A stretch of DNA of 64,000 nt from Callorhinchus milii (taxonomy: Eukaryota), in assembly GCF_018977255.1 (NCBI RefSeq), contig NW_024704744.1, positions 372,001-436,000 on the forward strand, read 5' to 3'. Under the pieces are notes generated by a model. It did not search any database. It was not told where the DNA came from and saw nothing but the letters and a program-made list of their open reading frames with translations. The position numbers and the translations under genes are program-made. Positions 1 through 13,159 of the stretch are shown here, one piece after another. How positions within the stretch are numbered: the stretch's first letter is position 1; every line of letters begins with the position of its first letter.

Positions 1-2510
1 GAGCCCTCCCACAGGAGCCCTGCCACTAAGCCCACACACAGGAACCCTCCCACAGGAGCCCTGCCACTGAGCCCTCCCACAGGAGCCCTCCCACTAAGCT
101 CTCCCACTAAGCTCTCCCACAGCAGCTATCCCACAAGAGCCCTCCCACTAAGGCCTTCCACAGGCGCCTTCCCACTGAGCCTGAGCCCTCTCACAGGAGC
201 CTTCCCACTGAGCCCTCCCACAGGAGCGCTCCCACAGGGGCCCTCCCACAGCAGCCCTCCCATAGGAGCCCTCCCACTGGATCCCTGCCACAGCAGCCCT
301 CCCAAAGGAGCCCTCCCAAAGGAGCCCTCCCACAGCAGCCGTCCGACTGAGCCCTCCCACTAAGCCCTCCCACAGGAGCTTGTCACAGGAGCCCTCCCAC
401 TAAGCCCTCATACTAAGCTCTCCCACAGCAGCCATCCCACAAGAGCCCTCCCACATTTGCCCTCCCGCAGGAGACCTTCCACTAAGCCCTCCCACAGGAG
501 CCCTTCCACAGGAGCCCTCCCACTAAGCCCTCCCACAGGAGCTTGTCACAGGAGCCCTCCCACAGGAGGCCTCCAACGGAGTCCTCACACTGCACCCTAC
601 AACAGGTTCTCTCCCACTGAGCCCTCCCACCGGAGCCCTATCACTGAGCCCTCCCTCACTAGCCATCCCACAAGAGCCCTCCCACATTTGCCCTCCCGCA
701 GGAGACCTTCCACTAAGCCCTCCCACAGGAGCCCTCCCACAGAAGCCCTCCACTGAGCCCTTCCACAGGAGCCCTCCCACAGCAGCCCTCCCACTGGATC
801 CCTGCCACAGCAGCCCTCCCAAAGGAGCCCTCCCATAGCAGCCGTCCAACTGAGCCCTCCCACAGGAGCCCTTTCATAGGAGTCCTCCCACTAAGCACTC
901 CCACTAAGCTCTACCACAGCAGCCATCCCACAAGAGACCTCCCACTAAGGCCTTCCACAGGCGCCCTCCAACTGAGCCCAAGCCCTCTCACAGGAGCTTT
1001 CCCACTGAGCCCTCCCACAGGAGCGCTCCCACAGGAGCCTTCCTAATAAGCCCTCCCACAGGAGCCCTCCCAAAGGAGCCCTCCCCTAGCAGCCCTCCCA
1101 CAGCAGCCCTCCCACTGAAGCCCTCCCACATGAGCCCTCCAACAGGAGCACTCCAACAGCAGCCCTCCCACTGGAGCCCTGCCACAGCAGCCCTCCCAAA
1201 GGAGCCCTCCCACAGCAGCCGTCCCACTGAGCCCTCCCACAGGAGCCCTCCCACAGAAACCCTCCCACAGGAGGCCTCCCATAGGAGCCCTGCCACAGGA
1301 GCCTTCACACTCAGCCCTCCTAAAGAAGCCCTCCCACTGAGCCCTCCCACAGGAACTCTCACACTGAGGCCTCCTACAGGAGCCCTCCCAATGAGCCCTC
1401 CCATAGGAGCCCTCCCACAAGAGCCCTCCTACAGAAAGCCCTCCCACTGAGCCCTTCCACAGGAGCCCTCCCACAGCAGCCCTCCCACTGAAGCCCTCCC
1501 ACATGAGCCCTCCAACAGGAGCACTCCAACAGCAGCCCTCCCACTGGAGCCCTGCCACAGCAGCCCTCCCACAGGAGCTCTCCCATAGGAACCCTCACAC
1601 TGAGTCCTCCCACATGAGCCCTCCCACTGAGTCCTCCCACAGGAGCCCTCCCACAAGAGCCCTCCCACAGTAGCTTTCCCACTTAGCCCTCCATAAGGAG
1701 CCCTCCCACAGGAGCCTTCCCACAGGAGCCCTCCCACAGGAGCCCTCCCACTGAGCCCTCCCACAGGAGACCTTCCACTAAGCCCTCCCACAGGAGCCCT
1801 CCCACAGAAGCCCTCCCACTGAGCCCTTCCACAGGAGCCCTCCCACAGGAGCCCTCCCACTAAGCCCTCCCACAGGAGCTTGTCACAGGAGCCCTCCCAC
1901 TAAGCCCTCCCACTAAGCTCTCCCACAGCAGCCATCCCACAAGAGGCCACCCACTAAGCCCTTCCATAGGATACCTCCCACAGGAGCACTCCCACAGCAG
2001 CACTACAACTGAGCCCTCCCACAGGAGCCCTCCCACAGCAGTCCACCTACAGGAGCCCTCCCACAGCAGCCATCCCACTGAGCCCTCCCACAGAGCCCTT
2101 CCACAAGAGCACTCCACTGAGCCCTCCCACAGGGGCCCTCCGACAGGATTCCTCCCACTGAGCCCTCCCACAGGAGCCCTTCCACTGAGCCCTCCCAAAG
2201 GAACCCTCCCACTTAGCCCTCCAACAGGAGCCCTCCCAATGGAACGCTGCCACTGAGCCCTCCCAGGGGAGTCCGCACAGTGAGCCCTCCAACAGGAATC
2301 CTCCGACAGGAGCCCTCCCACAGGAGCCCGTTCACTGAGCCTGCTCACTGAGCCCTCCCTCAGCAGTCCTCACACTGAGCCTTCCAACACGAGCCCTCCC
2401 ACAGAGTCCACACACTGAGCCTTCCCACAGGAGCCCTCCCACTGAGCCCTCCTACTGGAGCCCTCACACAGGAGCCCTCCCACTGAGAGCCCTCCCACTG
2501 AGCCCTCCAC
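1..2510. repeat. Degenerate C-rich minisatellite (GAGCCCTCCCACAG / GAGCCCTCCCACT variants)
   Basis: direct reading; generates the repetitive GGLLWEGSCGRA ORFs. Confidence 0.95.
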
Positions 2511-2524
2511 AGTCTCCCTGTCAC

Positions 2525-2910
2525 CGAATGGATCGATTTCAAGATCCTCACACTCATCTTGAAATCCCTGATGGCACCTCTCTACCTCTCTGTCCGGCTT
2601 ATTCTCTGAAGCAGGAAGGAAAATCACTGCCTCTGCTCGACTGCCTCCCACCTCCTTCTTGTACCTCGTATCCTCCGTTCACCATCAGTGATTGTGCTTT
2701 CAGCCACTACGCCCCGAAACTCTGGAGCAGTTTCCCTCAAACCCTTCACGTTGCCCCCTCCTTCCCCATCTTCAGGTAGCTTCTGAAAATCTTCCTGTTA
2801 GACGGTGTCTACAGTCACCTTGCCCCAGCTCGGCGTCAGGCTCTGCCACTATCAACTGCTCAGGGACGCTATGCTGTGCGAGGGGCACTGTACAAATGCA
2901 AATTGTTGTT
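2525..2910 (+). mobile_element. L2 LINE 3' fragment
   Basis: IDFKIL-type ORF2 C-terminus and tail ending aaatgcaaattgttgttg. Confidence 0.75.
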
Positions 2911-3289
2911 GAGCTCCAGTCCCCGCCTCTTGCAATAGTTTATGTTGTATTAACAACAACTTGTATCCCCTTCACACAGGGTTGGTGAACTTAGAAGGAA
3001 CCCTACCGTGTAGAGTGGTGGAGACAGGCCAATGTGGCTTTTCAGAGGGAAGTAGACACGTGGGGACTTGTTGGGGTCTGGGGATAAGGCGGCTCCAACC
3101 TCCCTGGTCTCCCTCAAACTCACTGCACTTGTGCACAGCCAAGGCGGGCAGTTTTATTCCCTGTTCTTCCTACCCCACATCCGGTCCCTGAGCAGGACCA
3201 TTTGCATTCACTTCCGCTCCACTAAATGTTCCTGAAATCTTCATCCACGTCTTTGTCACTTCCCACTGTTTCTGAAATGCTCTCTGCCA

Positions 3290-4150
3290 ACCCACCACTC
3301 CAATCCTCGCCAGGCTCTGGAAGCCTTGGGAACACATTACCAAATCTTGGATTTTATCTGGAATGTGTATTCCAGCTCTAATATCCATGTAAGGGTTAAT
3401 AATGAACTCACTGAGCCCATCCCTTTGGAAAAAGGCGTAAGTCAAGGCTCCCCATTGTTACCCACCCTAGTTGATGTGTTCATCAACAATGTTTGGGCCG
3501 GCAACAAGGGGGAAGGAATTGTGTATCTGTTCCAGGGTTTTCCGATAGGATTGTGGGATTTCTGTTTGCGGATGGTACTGTGCTGCGGGCGGACTCATGT
3601 AGGGACCTTCTGTGCTGCACCCGCCATCTGAAACATTGGGCCAACTGGTGTAACGTGGTGGGTTCTCCAAGTGCATAATCATGGTTCTGCATGACCCAAA
3701 GGGAAGACATTGAGGGAATTCATTGGAAGATACAAAGGTCAGTCACAATTGTTGCTTCTTATCGGTACCTCAGGGTCATGCCAGGACACTGCCCTCAAGG
3801 ACAGCGCTGAGAAGGGTCAAATGTCAAAGTGGCCTTGCTCGTCCCACTTCAAGGACAGCAAGGTCTCAATGCAGGTCAAGCTTGTAGCATATAAGATCTG
3901 TGTACAAACAGTTCTCCTTTATGGATCTGAGCTCCTGGGGATGCAGTGGAAAGGCTTCTTCCGACCCATTTGCAGAAGTCCAGGATCGAGCAGTGAGATG
4001 GATTTGTAGTAAACATGGGAAGTGGCTGCAGGGAGGGCTCCGGCCAACACTAACCTGTCATTATGGAAATGTCTGACTGATTTGTTATTCTTTTGTATGG
4101 TCTGGTTATCATCACGTGTTGGCACGTTTCTTTGTTCTATATTGTCCAGA
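3290..4150 (+). mobile_element. Degenerate non-LTR reverse transcriptase, RTE-like
   Basis: VNNELTEPIPLEKGVSQGSPLLPTL, FLFADG (YADD equivalent), VKLVAYKICVQTVLLYGSE; clade is inferred. Confidence 0.6.
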
Positions 4151-4384
4151 TCCTTGCCCGGTGACTAAAGTGAATCTTGATTCAGTTTTGGCTGCATGTG
4201 AGAGGAAGGGATGTGATACACTTGATGGCTTGATCACTGTGCTTCCAACCCTCGAAGAGCAGTGGTGATGTCATGACCAGGGAACTGGCAAACTCGTTTG
4301 TCATGGTTACCCTATTCTTGCAGTCTTTTGTCATGTGTAAATAATACTATCGAAGGGAAGTCTGTCCCTTTAAATGGGTTCCCT

Positions 4385-4775
4385 GGACACTTTCAAGGCC
4401 TTGCCCCCTCCTACCTCTCTGACCTGCTGACTCCCTACCAAACTGCCCGCTCCCTCCAGTCAGCGGGCTCCGGGCTGCTCCATGTCTCCCGCCCGACCCG
4501 CCGTACCATTGGTGGCCGGGTTTTCAGTCTCTCTGTCCCCACACTCTGGAACTCCATCCCACGGTCCCTTCGCCTCGCTTCCTCCCTTGCCTCCTTCAAG
4601 GCCGGTCTCATGACCCTTCTCTTCGACCGCACCTTTGGTCTCCCTCCCACCTCTCCGCCTTCCCTCACCCCACCCCTCCCCCATGCTCGGGCCCCGACAC
4701 CTGACTGTTCAGCGCTTTGGGACGTCCTCCCGACGTGAAAGGCGCTCCATAAATATCATTTTGTTGTTGTTATTG
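4385..4775 (+). mobile_element. L2 LINE 3' end
   Basis: LAPSYLSDLL...TLWNSIP...FKAGLMTLLF and tail gggacgtcctcccgacgtgaaaggcgc...ttgttg. Confidence 0.85.
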
Positions 4776-6889
4776 TTCCATAAGATTCCATGTTGCAGAG
4801 GCTGCTTTGCAGCACAGAGTTAGCGAGCAGTGGTCCCAATACCGATAAATCACGACTGTGGGGAGAGAGCGGGAGAGTGGGGTTGATCAGGGCTATGGTG
4901 AGAGCAGGCGAGAGGGCTTGATCAGGGCTATGGTGAGAGCGCGGGGGAGTGGGGTTGATCAGGACCATGGGGAGAGAGGGGGGGAGCAGCCTACACACAT
5001 GTGCAAGGATGTATTGATCCAGGGCGGCTCGATTGACAGTCAGCTAAGAAGCTCTAACCAGCAGCCTGCAGAGTAATATAACACGTGGGTACTAGTACGG
5101 GAATTATTTTATTGATGTAGTATTGTGCTGCCAGTTGTTATCGTTAGGTGTGATTGTTATATTTGCTCCTGTTGTTGTACATCTTAAAATATTGTATTCC
5201 TTATATGCAAGGTAGCCTCGGGTTGTTAGGTTTTAATAAAGTCACAGCTTGGAAGGCCTTGTAAAAAATAAGTGGGTCATCTCACTCCTCTGCTCAAACC
5301 GTAAGTTCCAGCATTTTATGTATGACAACTCTGACTTAACTTAAGGCTTTGAGTAATGTAAAATTATGAATTCATGTCCATTAAATGTTTTAAAGTTATT
5401 TCGAGAAGTATGTATTTTAAATTTCTTAATATGAACGGGATATTGGTTATGTCCTCCCGACTTGAGAAGCCCCAACTCTAACCATTGAAGCACTGGGTAT
5501 AAAATACAAAGCTCCGTGACAGGTCGTAGCTGGAAAAGCAGCGGGAAAGCTGGCCAGACAGTGCTTTCAATGGCAAACTATGTGGTTTTAGCTGGTTAGA
5601 CTCCAGCAGTTACCCCAACGCACACTTTGGGGTCCCTTAGCCTTAATTCTTGCCAACTTACACCTAATACTTTCCAGCATTAGGTAAACAGGATGGTCCA
5701 TCTGGGAGAGGGGGAGCATCCATTCCAGCAATCTACCTCTGTAATTTCCATATGCAGGTGGGATCTGTGGAATTCTCAGTTTGGTTTGGGTAAGCATGGT
5801 GGTGGATTTCTGCACGTGTCAGGACACCAGGCTGACCAAAACAAAAAGTCCAGTAACATTGGAAGAAAGTAAAAGAGAAGAAAAACGAGAACATAGGAAT
5901 ACAGCTGCAACACCAACACGTCTTCTGGTTCCTTAATGTGATGGCTGCTATTATGAGCAGCCAGTTCCAGAGAAATGAGAAACGAGATGTTTACCCACAG
6001 TTTATGAACTTTGATATTGTCATTACAGTGTCATTGCTACACACGAGCATAACAGCCACAGACAATTTTGTCTGTCGTAACCCTGCCTATTGTAGCTATG
6101 TTTATTGAACTAATGCAAAGGTATATGCCTCCTCCTTATCAATTAATTGAGCTTTAAACTATAAGATTCAAGTAACTTTGGTTCCCTTGTTCACGGGTTC
6201 TCATATAAAATTGCAGCAAACAGAATAAACTGGTCTTTTCTGGCAACAACATTCATCTCAGATTTTAAAGAGTGGTTACCTCCACTGCCAACCGTGCCTT
6301 CAAACCCAACAAAAGGTAATAACATGGGCAGTGGTGACGGTGTGTGGGTCACTCACCGCGGTGCAGCTCACCATCACCTGCAGAGCCGGACCAGACACTG
6401 GACACTGACAAGACCCAAACCATGGATTCACAACAGGAGAAGCAGTTGAGTGTTTGAAGGTGGAGGAGGTGACAGCGATGTCACCACTTGCTAACTCCCA
6501 AGTCTAAGCATCAAGGCCTCAATGGCTGGACACAGCACAGTCACATATATGATGATGGAGCTGAGGACATTGTCGCTTCTGAAAATGAAGGTGTCATGAG
6601 TCTGGGGCGACAGCCACAAGCCACTCAGCTGTTAATCGGGTCCTGTCAAGGTAACCAAAAAGAGAAGGAGGGATATGAGATGAAAGCAGAGGCCTTTATA
6701 GAGACACTGGAAGCCTCCTTGGAGAAAGTCAGTACCACTGCAAATGTAACAGCAGTGAGCCCAGCAAAGCAAGCTGAGAACAGGGAGGTGGGAACAGAGT
6801 GAGACTTCCAGTAGAGGAATTTGGCGAGAGTGGGAATTTCAGAGAGGAGGGAGGAGGTGCTAAGTAATTTTTAAACTTGTTTCCAATTA

Positions 6890-7240
6890 TCATAGAATCA
6901 TAGAATTATACAGAAGGAGGCCATTCGACCCATTGTGTGTGTGCTAACGCTGAAAAGAGCTTCCAAAACAACCCCACTCCCCATAGCCCTGCAAACTTGT
7001 CCTCCCCAAATAATTACTTTCTTTAACAGTTGTTATTGAAGTGGCTTCCACGTGCCTTTCAGGCAATGCATTCCAGATCCCAACAACTCGCTGTGTAAAA
7101 ACATTTCTCCTCCCCTCCACTCCCCTCTGTTTCTTTTATCAACTATATTAAATCGGTGCCCTCGGGTTACCGACCCACCTGCCAGTGGGAATAGTTTCTC
7201 CTTGTTCACCCTATCGAATCCCCTCATCATTTTGAAAACT
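6890..7240 (-). mobile_element. CR1 LINE 3' end
   Basis: MMRGFDRVNKEKLFPL C-terminus and catagaatcatagaa terminal repeat. Confidence 0.8.
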
Positions 7241-8749
7241 GAAAATTATGAGCTCTGTTCCCAGTGCCCGAGGCTCTGCCACCCTCCTGCACTGCTCTCC
7301 TTATCACTCCTCATGTCAGTGGGTTGACCATATCTCAGCCTATACGGTTACTCATTTCACCACACCCAACGACTCAATTATCTTTACTGGGTCTTCACCC
7401 TTTCTCATCTGGATCCTTTCAGTCTTCTTTCCTGTTACTCTTCCCTTCCTTCAAGCACTGTATTCTCTATCATCCTTGCAATATTTCCCTTAAAATTCTC
7501 ATCATTCGTCCCCCAAACTGGCCTGCAGTTTCCTCTCTGACATCTCCACCCTCCTACCTTGTCTCTGCCTCTGTTCTGAACGCCTTCTCATCTTGTGTGA
7601 CTTCAACCTCCACTTCTCCCCTATCACCTCTGCCGACTCCTTCTCCCTCTTCTCATCCCACAACCTCCCCCTCCACATTAACTCCTCCTGCCCCCCAAAA
7701 TACTCTGCGTCATGGGACATCCTTCTGACGTGAAACAACAACAACAAAATGACATCTATAGAAAGGTGCCACATTTAGTGCTACTGTTGTTGTGCATAAA
7801 CCAGGCAGGTTATTTGGGAATGGAGCGGGATCAGTGGGTGGCATCAATCCATAACAGAGCCCAACTACACAAGAGCCATCCCCTTCTGCTGGCTGAAGTC
7901 TCCTGCCCCAGGTTCCGCGCACCTAACACCCCCAAATTTTCCCTCCGCACTTCCTCGGCTCCCACACCCAGGTTCGGAGCCCAGATAGAACGAGGAGGTG
8001 CCTTGGGGAGTCCTCCCCACATGAAAGTGTATAAATGTTAACTGTATTGCAAGTTTGTTGTCGTTCATGGCTCGAAGCTTCCCTTTGTGCTGGTGAGAGT
8101 GTTGGACGAGTCTGGTGTTTGCGACAGATCCATGAGGGGTCTCAGTGACTGCTGCCTCCCTTCCCCTCCACCTTGTCCTTATTGTCTGGAGCTGCAAACA
8201 TTGCAAAACCCCTCTACATTGCCTGCAGCACCAGTTAGACACAGTAACGCTGCCTCTACACTGTCCATCCAGCACAGGTTAGACACAGTAAAGCTGCCTC
8301 AACACTACTATCTAATGTACTGATTGTGTATTTCCAAGTAGCAGCTATTTTGGTACAGTAAGTAGGGTTACCAACCCTTCAGGATTGTCCTGGCATCTCC
8401 AGGTTGTAAGCATTAATCTCCAGGATACTGCTGGAGAATCGGGGAATTCTCAAAACGAATATTAAATGGTGAAATGATTATTGAATTAGATTTATCCTGT
8501 TATTAATTTCTCATTCGTTCCTTACACACCCGGAGATTCTACAATCCAGCCAGTGTTTGAAATAACAAGGCAATGCACATTTGCCCTCTCTCAACCATCT
8601 TGTTGCTCCACTGATGCTGCCACTTACTGTAGGTATCTAACTACCCTACAGTGCTGTCTCACTTCACGACGGCCCAACATAACCGGCCGCGGCTCATCAG
8701 CAATCACATCGTCTTGTACTTTCAAAAGGAACAGAAGCATTTTTCAACA

Positions 8750-9370
8750 CTCCCCCTGACAGGCCTCCAACACTCCCCGTGACAGGCCCCAACACTCCCA
8801 TGACAAGCCCCTAACACTCCCCGTGACAGGCCTCCAACACTCCCCGTGACAGGCCCCAACACTCCCCATGACAAGCCCCTAACACTCCCCGTGACAGGCC
8901 TCCAACACTCCCCGTGACAGGCCCCCAACACTCCCCGTGACAGGCCCCCGACACTCCCTGTGACAGACACCCGACACTCCCCATGACAGGCCTCCAACAC
9001 TCCCCGTGACAGGCCCCTAACACTCCCCATGACAGCCCCCCAACACTCCTCATGACAGGCCTCCAACACTCCCCACGACAGGCCCCCAACACTCCCGATG
9101 ACAGGCCCCCAACACTCCCCGTGACACGCCTCCAACACTCCCCGTGACACGCCTCCAACACTCCCCATGACAGGCCCCCAACACCCCCCTGACAGGCCCC
9201 CAACACCCCCCTGACAGGCCCCCAACACCCCCCCTGACAGGCCCCAACACTCCCCATCACAGGTGCCAAAGAATCCCAATCACAGGCCACCAATATTCCC
9301 CGTGACAGGCCCCCAACACTCCCCGTGACAGGCCCCCAACACTCCCCGTGACAGGCCTCCAACACTCCCT
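8750..9370. repeat. About 20-21-bp minisatellite (GACAGGCCCCCAACACTCCCCGT-like)
   Basis: direct reading. Confidence 0.93.
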
Positions 9371-9599
9371 GTGATTGGCCCTGTGACCCTCAAAGACAGA
9401 CATATCTGTTACCAGGACCCTGACCCAGTGACTAGGACCTCCTGGTGTTGTAACAAATACTCACTGAAAAGAGGTGAACTCACCATTTTGATGCTGAAGC
9501 AAAGACAGTGATATCTTCTGGAGTTGAGCTGCTGTCCCGGGGTGTCTGAGACAAGTCTGTGAAATAAACAATGTCAGTGGCTTTGAATGGAAAGTGTCT

Positions 9600-11075
9600 T
9601 AAAAAACTTACTCTTGATCTCTCCAACCTCGGCCACTCCCGCCCTATCTCAAACCTGCCCTTTCTTGCCAAAGTTCTGGAATACGTTGTTGCCAAACAAC
9701 TTTGTGGATGTCTCTCCCTCCATACCCTACTCAAGCCCCTCCAGTCCGGTTTCCACCCTGACTGACCACAGTACAGAGACAGCGCTCGTGAAGGTCACAA
9801 ATGACATCCTCTCTATCTGTGACCAGGACTCCCTCTACCTCCTTGTCCTCCTGGACCTCTCCGCCGCGTTCGACACAGTCGATCTCGCCATCCTCCTCCA
9901 CCGCCTGTCCTCCACCATCTATCTCAGTGGGATAGATGGTGGAGGACAGGTGGAGGAACCAACCACTTGCTTGGTTCGAGTCCTATCTTACAAATCGCCA
10001 GCACTACATTTCTGCAAATGGCTTTTCTTCTCGCTTCCACCCAGTCACCTGCGGGACAGATACCCCAAGGATCTATCCTTGGCCCCTTCTCTTTCTCATC
10101 TATATGCTTCCTCTCGGTGATGTCATCCGCAAACACGGGGTTAACTTTCACATGTATGCGGATGACACTCAACTCTACTTTCCAGCTGCGATTCCCAGTC
10201 CCCTGATGTTCTGTCAGCTTGTCTGTCGGACATCGGGAGCTGGATGAGCACAAATTTCCTGGAGTTAAACATCAACAAGAAGGAAGCCATAGCCTTTGGC
10301 TCTCGCCAACATCTTCTGTACAACGGTTCTGAGCTCCTCAACCTACACAATCTGTGCTTAAAACTCTCTGAACCCGTGCGCAACTTGGGCATCAGCTTCG
10401 AACCCCAGTTACCCTTCCTCTCCCACATCTGGTCCCTGACCAGCACCGCTTTCTTCCACCTCCGTCACATTGCCCGTCTCCGACAATACCTCACCCCTAA
10501 AGCTGCCGAAACCCTTGTCCGTGCCTTTCTCTCCTCTAGGTTGGACGACTCTAACCCCTCCTCGCCGGCCTCCCCTCCTCCACTATTCACAAAATCGTCA
10601 TTCAAAACTCTGCCGCTCGCATTCTCACCCGCACAAAACTCCGTACCCCGATTACTCCAGTTCTTGCCAAACTCCACTGGCTCCTGTCACAGGACGGATC
10701 CACTTCAAGATCCTCACTCTAGAGTTTAAATCCCTCCATTCCTTGACCTCCCATCTCTCTAACCTCCTTTCTCCCCACAGCAATACACTCTGCCTCCACT
10801 CTGCTGGGTCCGGCCTCTTCCACGTCCCCTAAATCCTCCGCTCCACCATCGGCCGCCGTGCCTTCAGCCACTACACCCCGAAACTTTCGAACACCATCCC
10901 TCAACCCCTTCGTCTCGTCCCCTCCTTCCTCATCTTCAGATCGCGCCTGAAGACCATTCTCTTCAACCACACCTACAGTTACCTTCCCCCTCCCCCTGGC
11001 TTGGCTTCCGCCATTGTTAAGCTCTGTGAGATGTCGTCCGGTGTGAAGGGCACTATAAATGCAAGTTGTTGTTGA
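9600..11075 (+). mobile_element. L2 LINE, RT to tail, degenerate
   Basis: [35 protein letters not shown]. Confidence 0.9.
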
Positions 11076-11221
11076 ATATTCATCATAATCTCTCTCCAGG
11101 TACATCGGAAAGTCACAGCTTCTGGTGCAGCTCAATCTAAGACTCTAATCTCTATTCCAATGTCTTTACACAGTCACCAATCCTAGGTTTGCAGCACAAG
11201 AGGAGACCATTGTTTCCCTAG

Positions 11222-11364
11222 TCCTTCTCTCTCCCCATCAGGTCTGTGCTGGTGCTCGCTCCCCCTGGAGCTCTCCAATCCGATTGACCTCTACTTTCTC
11301 AATTCTTTTAATAATTTTCCTCTCGTATCTAATTCCCTGTAAACAGTATTCTGGATCTATTTGA
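11222..11364 (+). CDS. Candidate orphan TM exon in opposite orientation (..SPIRLTSTFSILLIIFLSYLIPCKQYSGSI*)
   Basis: tttccctag acceptor in phase 1, hydrophobic run, followed at 11390-11515 by the same 3' flank that follows the TM exons at 12470 and 51731; no upstream plus-strand V exon found. Confidence 0.35.
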
Positions 11365-11519
11365 TCAGCCACCTGGGTCAGGAATTCCAAATTCTGTCTT
11401 TTACCTGAACTAAACCAAGCTGAATGCGAGTTGTCAAACTTTGGGAAAGTGAAGATGTGACAAACATAAAGAGTCTTTTTACCAAGTTCCACACCTCCAC
11501 ACGTCATCTGACCAAAAGG

Positions 11520-12205
11520 ATTTGGGTGTCCATGTACACAAATCACTAAAATCAAGCTCATAGTTACAAAAAGTTATCAAAAAGTCTAATGGGATGTTGG
11601 TGTTTATCTCAGGCGGGATGGAATATAAGGGAGAGGAAATGATGCTTTAATTATATAGAGCCTTGGTCACACCCCATGTGGAGACAGCGTTCAGTTTTGG
11701 GCACCACACCTCAGGAAGGATGTATTGGCTTTGGAGGGGGTGCAGTGTAGATTCACCAGAATGATAACAGGGCTTAAAGGATTACAGTATGAGGGCAGAT
11801 TGCATAAACTTGGTCTCTATTCCCTTCAGTTTGGAAGGTTGAGGGGTGATCTGATTCAGATTTTTAAGATAATAAAGGGATCCGATAGGGTAGCTACAGA
11901 GAAATTATTTCCTCTGGTGGGGAATCCAGAACAAGGAGCATCATCTTAAAATTAAAGCTTGGCCATTTAGGAGTGAAATCAGGGGCAGGTTTTCACCCAA
12001 AGGATAGTGCAAATGTGGAACTCTCTCCCCCAAAAGGCTGTGGAAGCTGGATCCATTCACATCTTCCAGACTGAGATGGATAGATGTTTGCTCGGTCAGG
12101 GTATCGTGGGTACTTGGACTTGAACTACAGATCAGCCATCTTATAGAATGGTGGAACAGGCTCGAGGGGCTGAATAGCCTCCTCCTGTTCCTATATTTCT
12201 ATGGT
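11520..12205 (+). mobile_element. CR1 LINE 3' part
   Basis: ALEGVQCRFTRMITGLKGL..LGLYSL..RLRGDLI. Confidence 0.85.
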
Positions 12206-12469
12206 CAGAGACAGTGACTAGAGGCACAAAGTGAGGATTATCCTCAATAATCCATGGTTAACCCTGCCGGTAAAATGTCTTCTCTAAATTGTTGCTTCTT
12301 TCCCCTTGACTTTGTGCCTCGTGTCACTGTCTCTGATCAGATGACGTGTGGAGGTTCTGTGTGGAACTGTGTAAAAAGACTTTACATTTGTCACATCTTC
12401 ATTTCTCCAAAGTCTGACAAGTCGCCTTCAGTGAGGTTCAGTTCAGGTAAAAGATGGAATCACACTTAC

Positions 12470-12574
12470 AGGACTGGTTCTTCCCAACGCTCGCTGTGCC
12501 CATGGTGATCCAGATCAGGGACAGCCTGGACTCTTGTATCCAGGGGCAGCCTGGCCTCTTCTATGCTTTGCTCC
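12470..12574 (-). pseudogene. Degenerate TM-exon paralog (..RLSLIWITMGTA..) with in-frame TAG
   Basis: LSLIWITMGTA matches LPLIWITVGTA of gene 2; acceptor flank 12575-12680 matches 51829-51940; gtaagt donor; internal duplication of ccaggctg(c/t)ccctg. Confidence 0.7.
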
Positions 12575-13159
12575 CTGTCTCCAGACAATGTGGAGAAAAT
12601 GAGAGAATTAGAGCTTCACAACAACTGACGTTGACACAGCACGTCACACAAAAACAAACACAAAATAAAATACAATCAGGCACGGATTAAGCTTGATTGG
12701 CGCCCAGAGTTATTATAGTCTGGAGACCCCTTTGATGCTCAGTTCCTTCCCTTTACTGTTTTACCACCTCTCATGCCCTTGGCAATGCCGCGCTATTGTT
12801 AGTTTACTTTGGTTATTTCAGTTCTGATTTTGAAATGTCACATAACAATCGTAAAACTGAATCACAGTTGAAACAAACAAAACAAAACCATATTAATTGC
12901 AGCACAAACTGGTGGTACTAAGACACTTAGTGATGCTGAACCTAAAATCAACATTAGAACAGCTGTTAAACCAGTTTCTTCCTACTCTTCATGGCTGAAA
13001 AGTCTTCAGTGATAATCCTACATAATAATTCTTGTATTTGATATTGCGCCTTATCTCACTGTTGAGATGTCTCAAAGCGCTTCACGCAATATACTGTAAA
13101 GTGGAGTGACTGTATTTTGTGAGCGAAACACGGCAGCCAGTAAAGGAGTGAGGGAGGGA

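Noticed and set aside
148-2651. Many long ORFs (GGLLWEGSCGRA repeats)
   Set aside because: Translations of a minisatellite, open in several frames.
5040-6890. Possible LTR or coding exons in the non-repetitive-looking stretch, including ORF 6488-6802
   Set aside because: An AATAAA and an LTR-like end near 5240-5330 are suggestive, but no paired LTR, PBS, recognisable domain or Ig motif was found.
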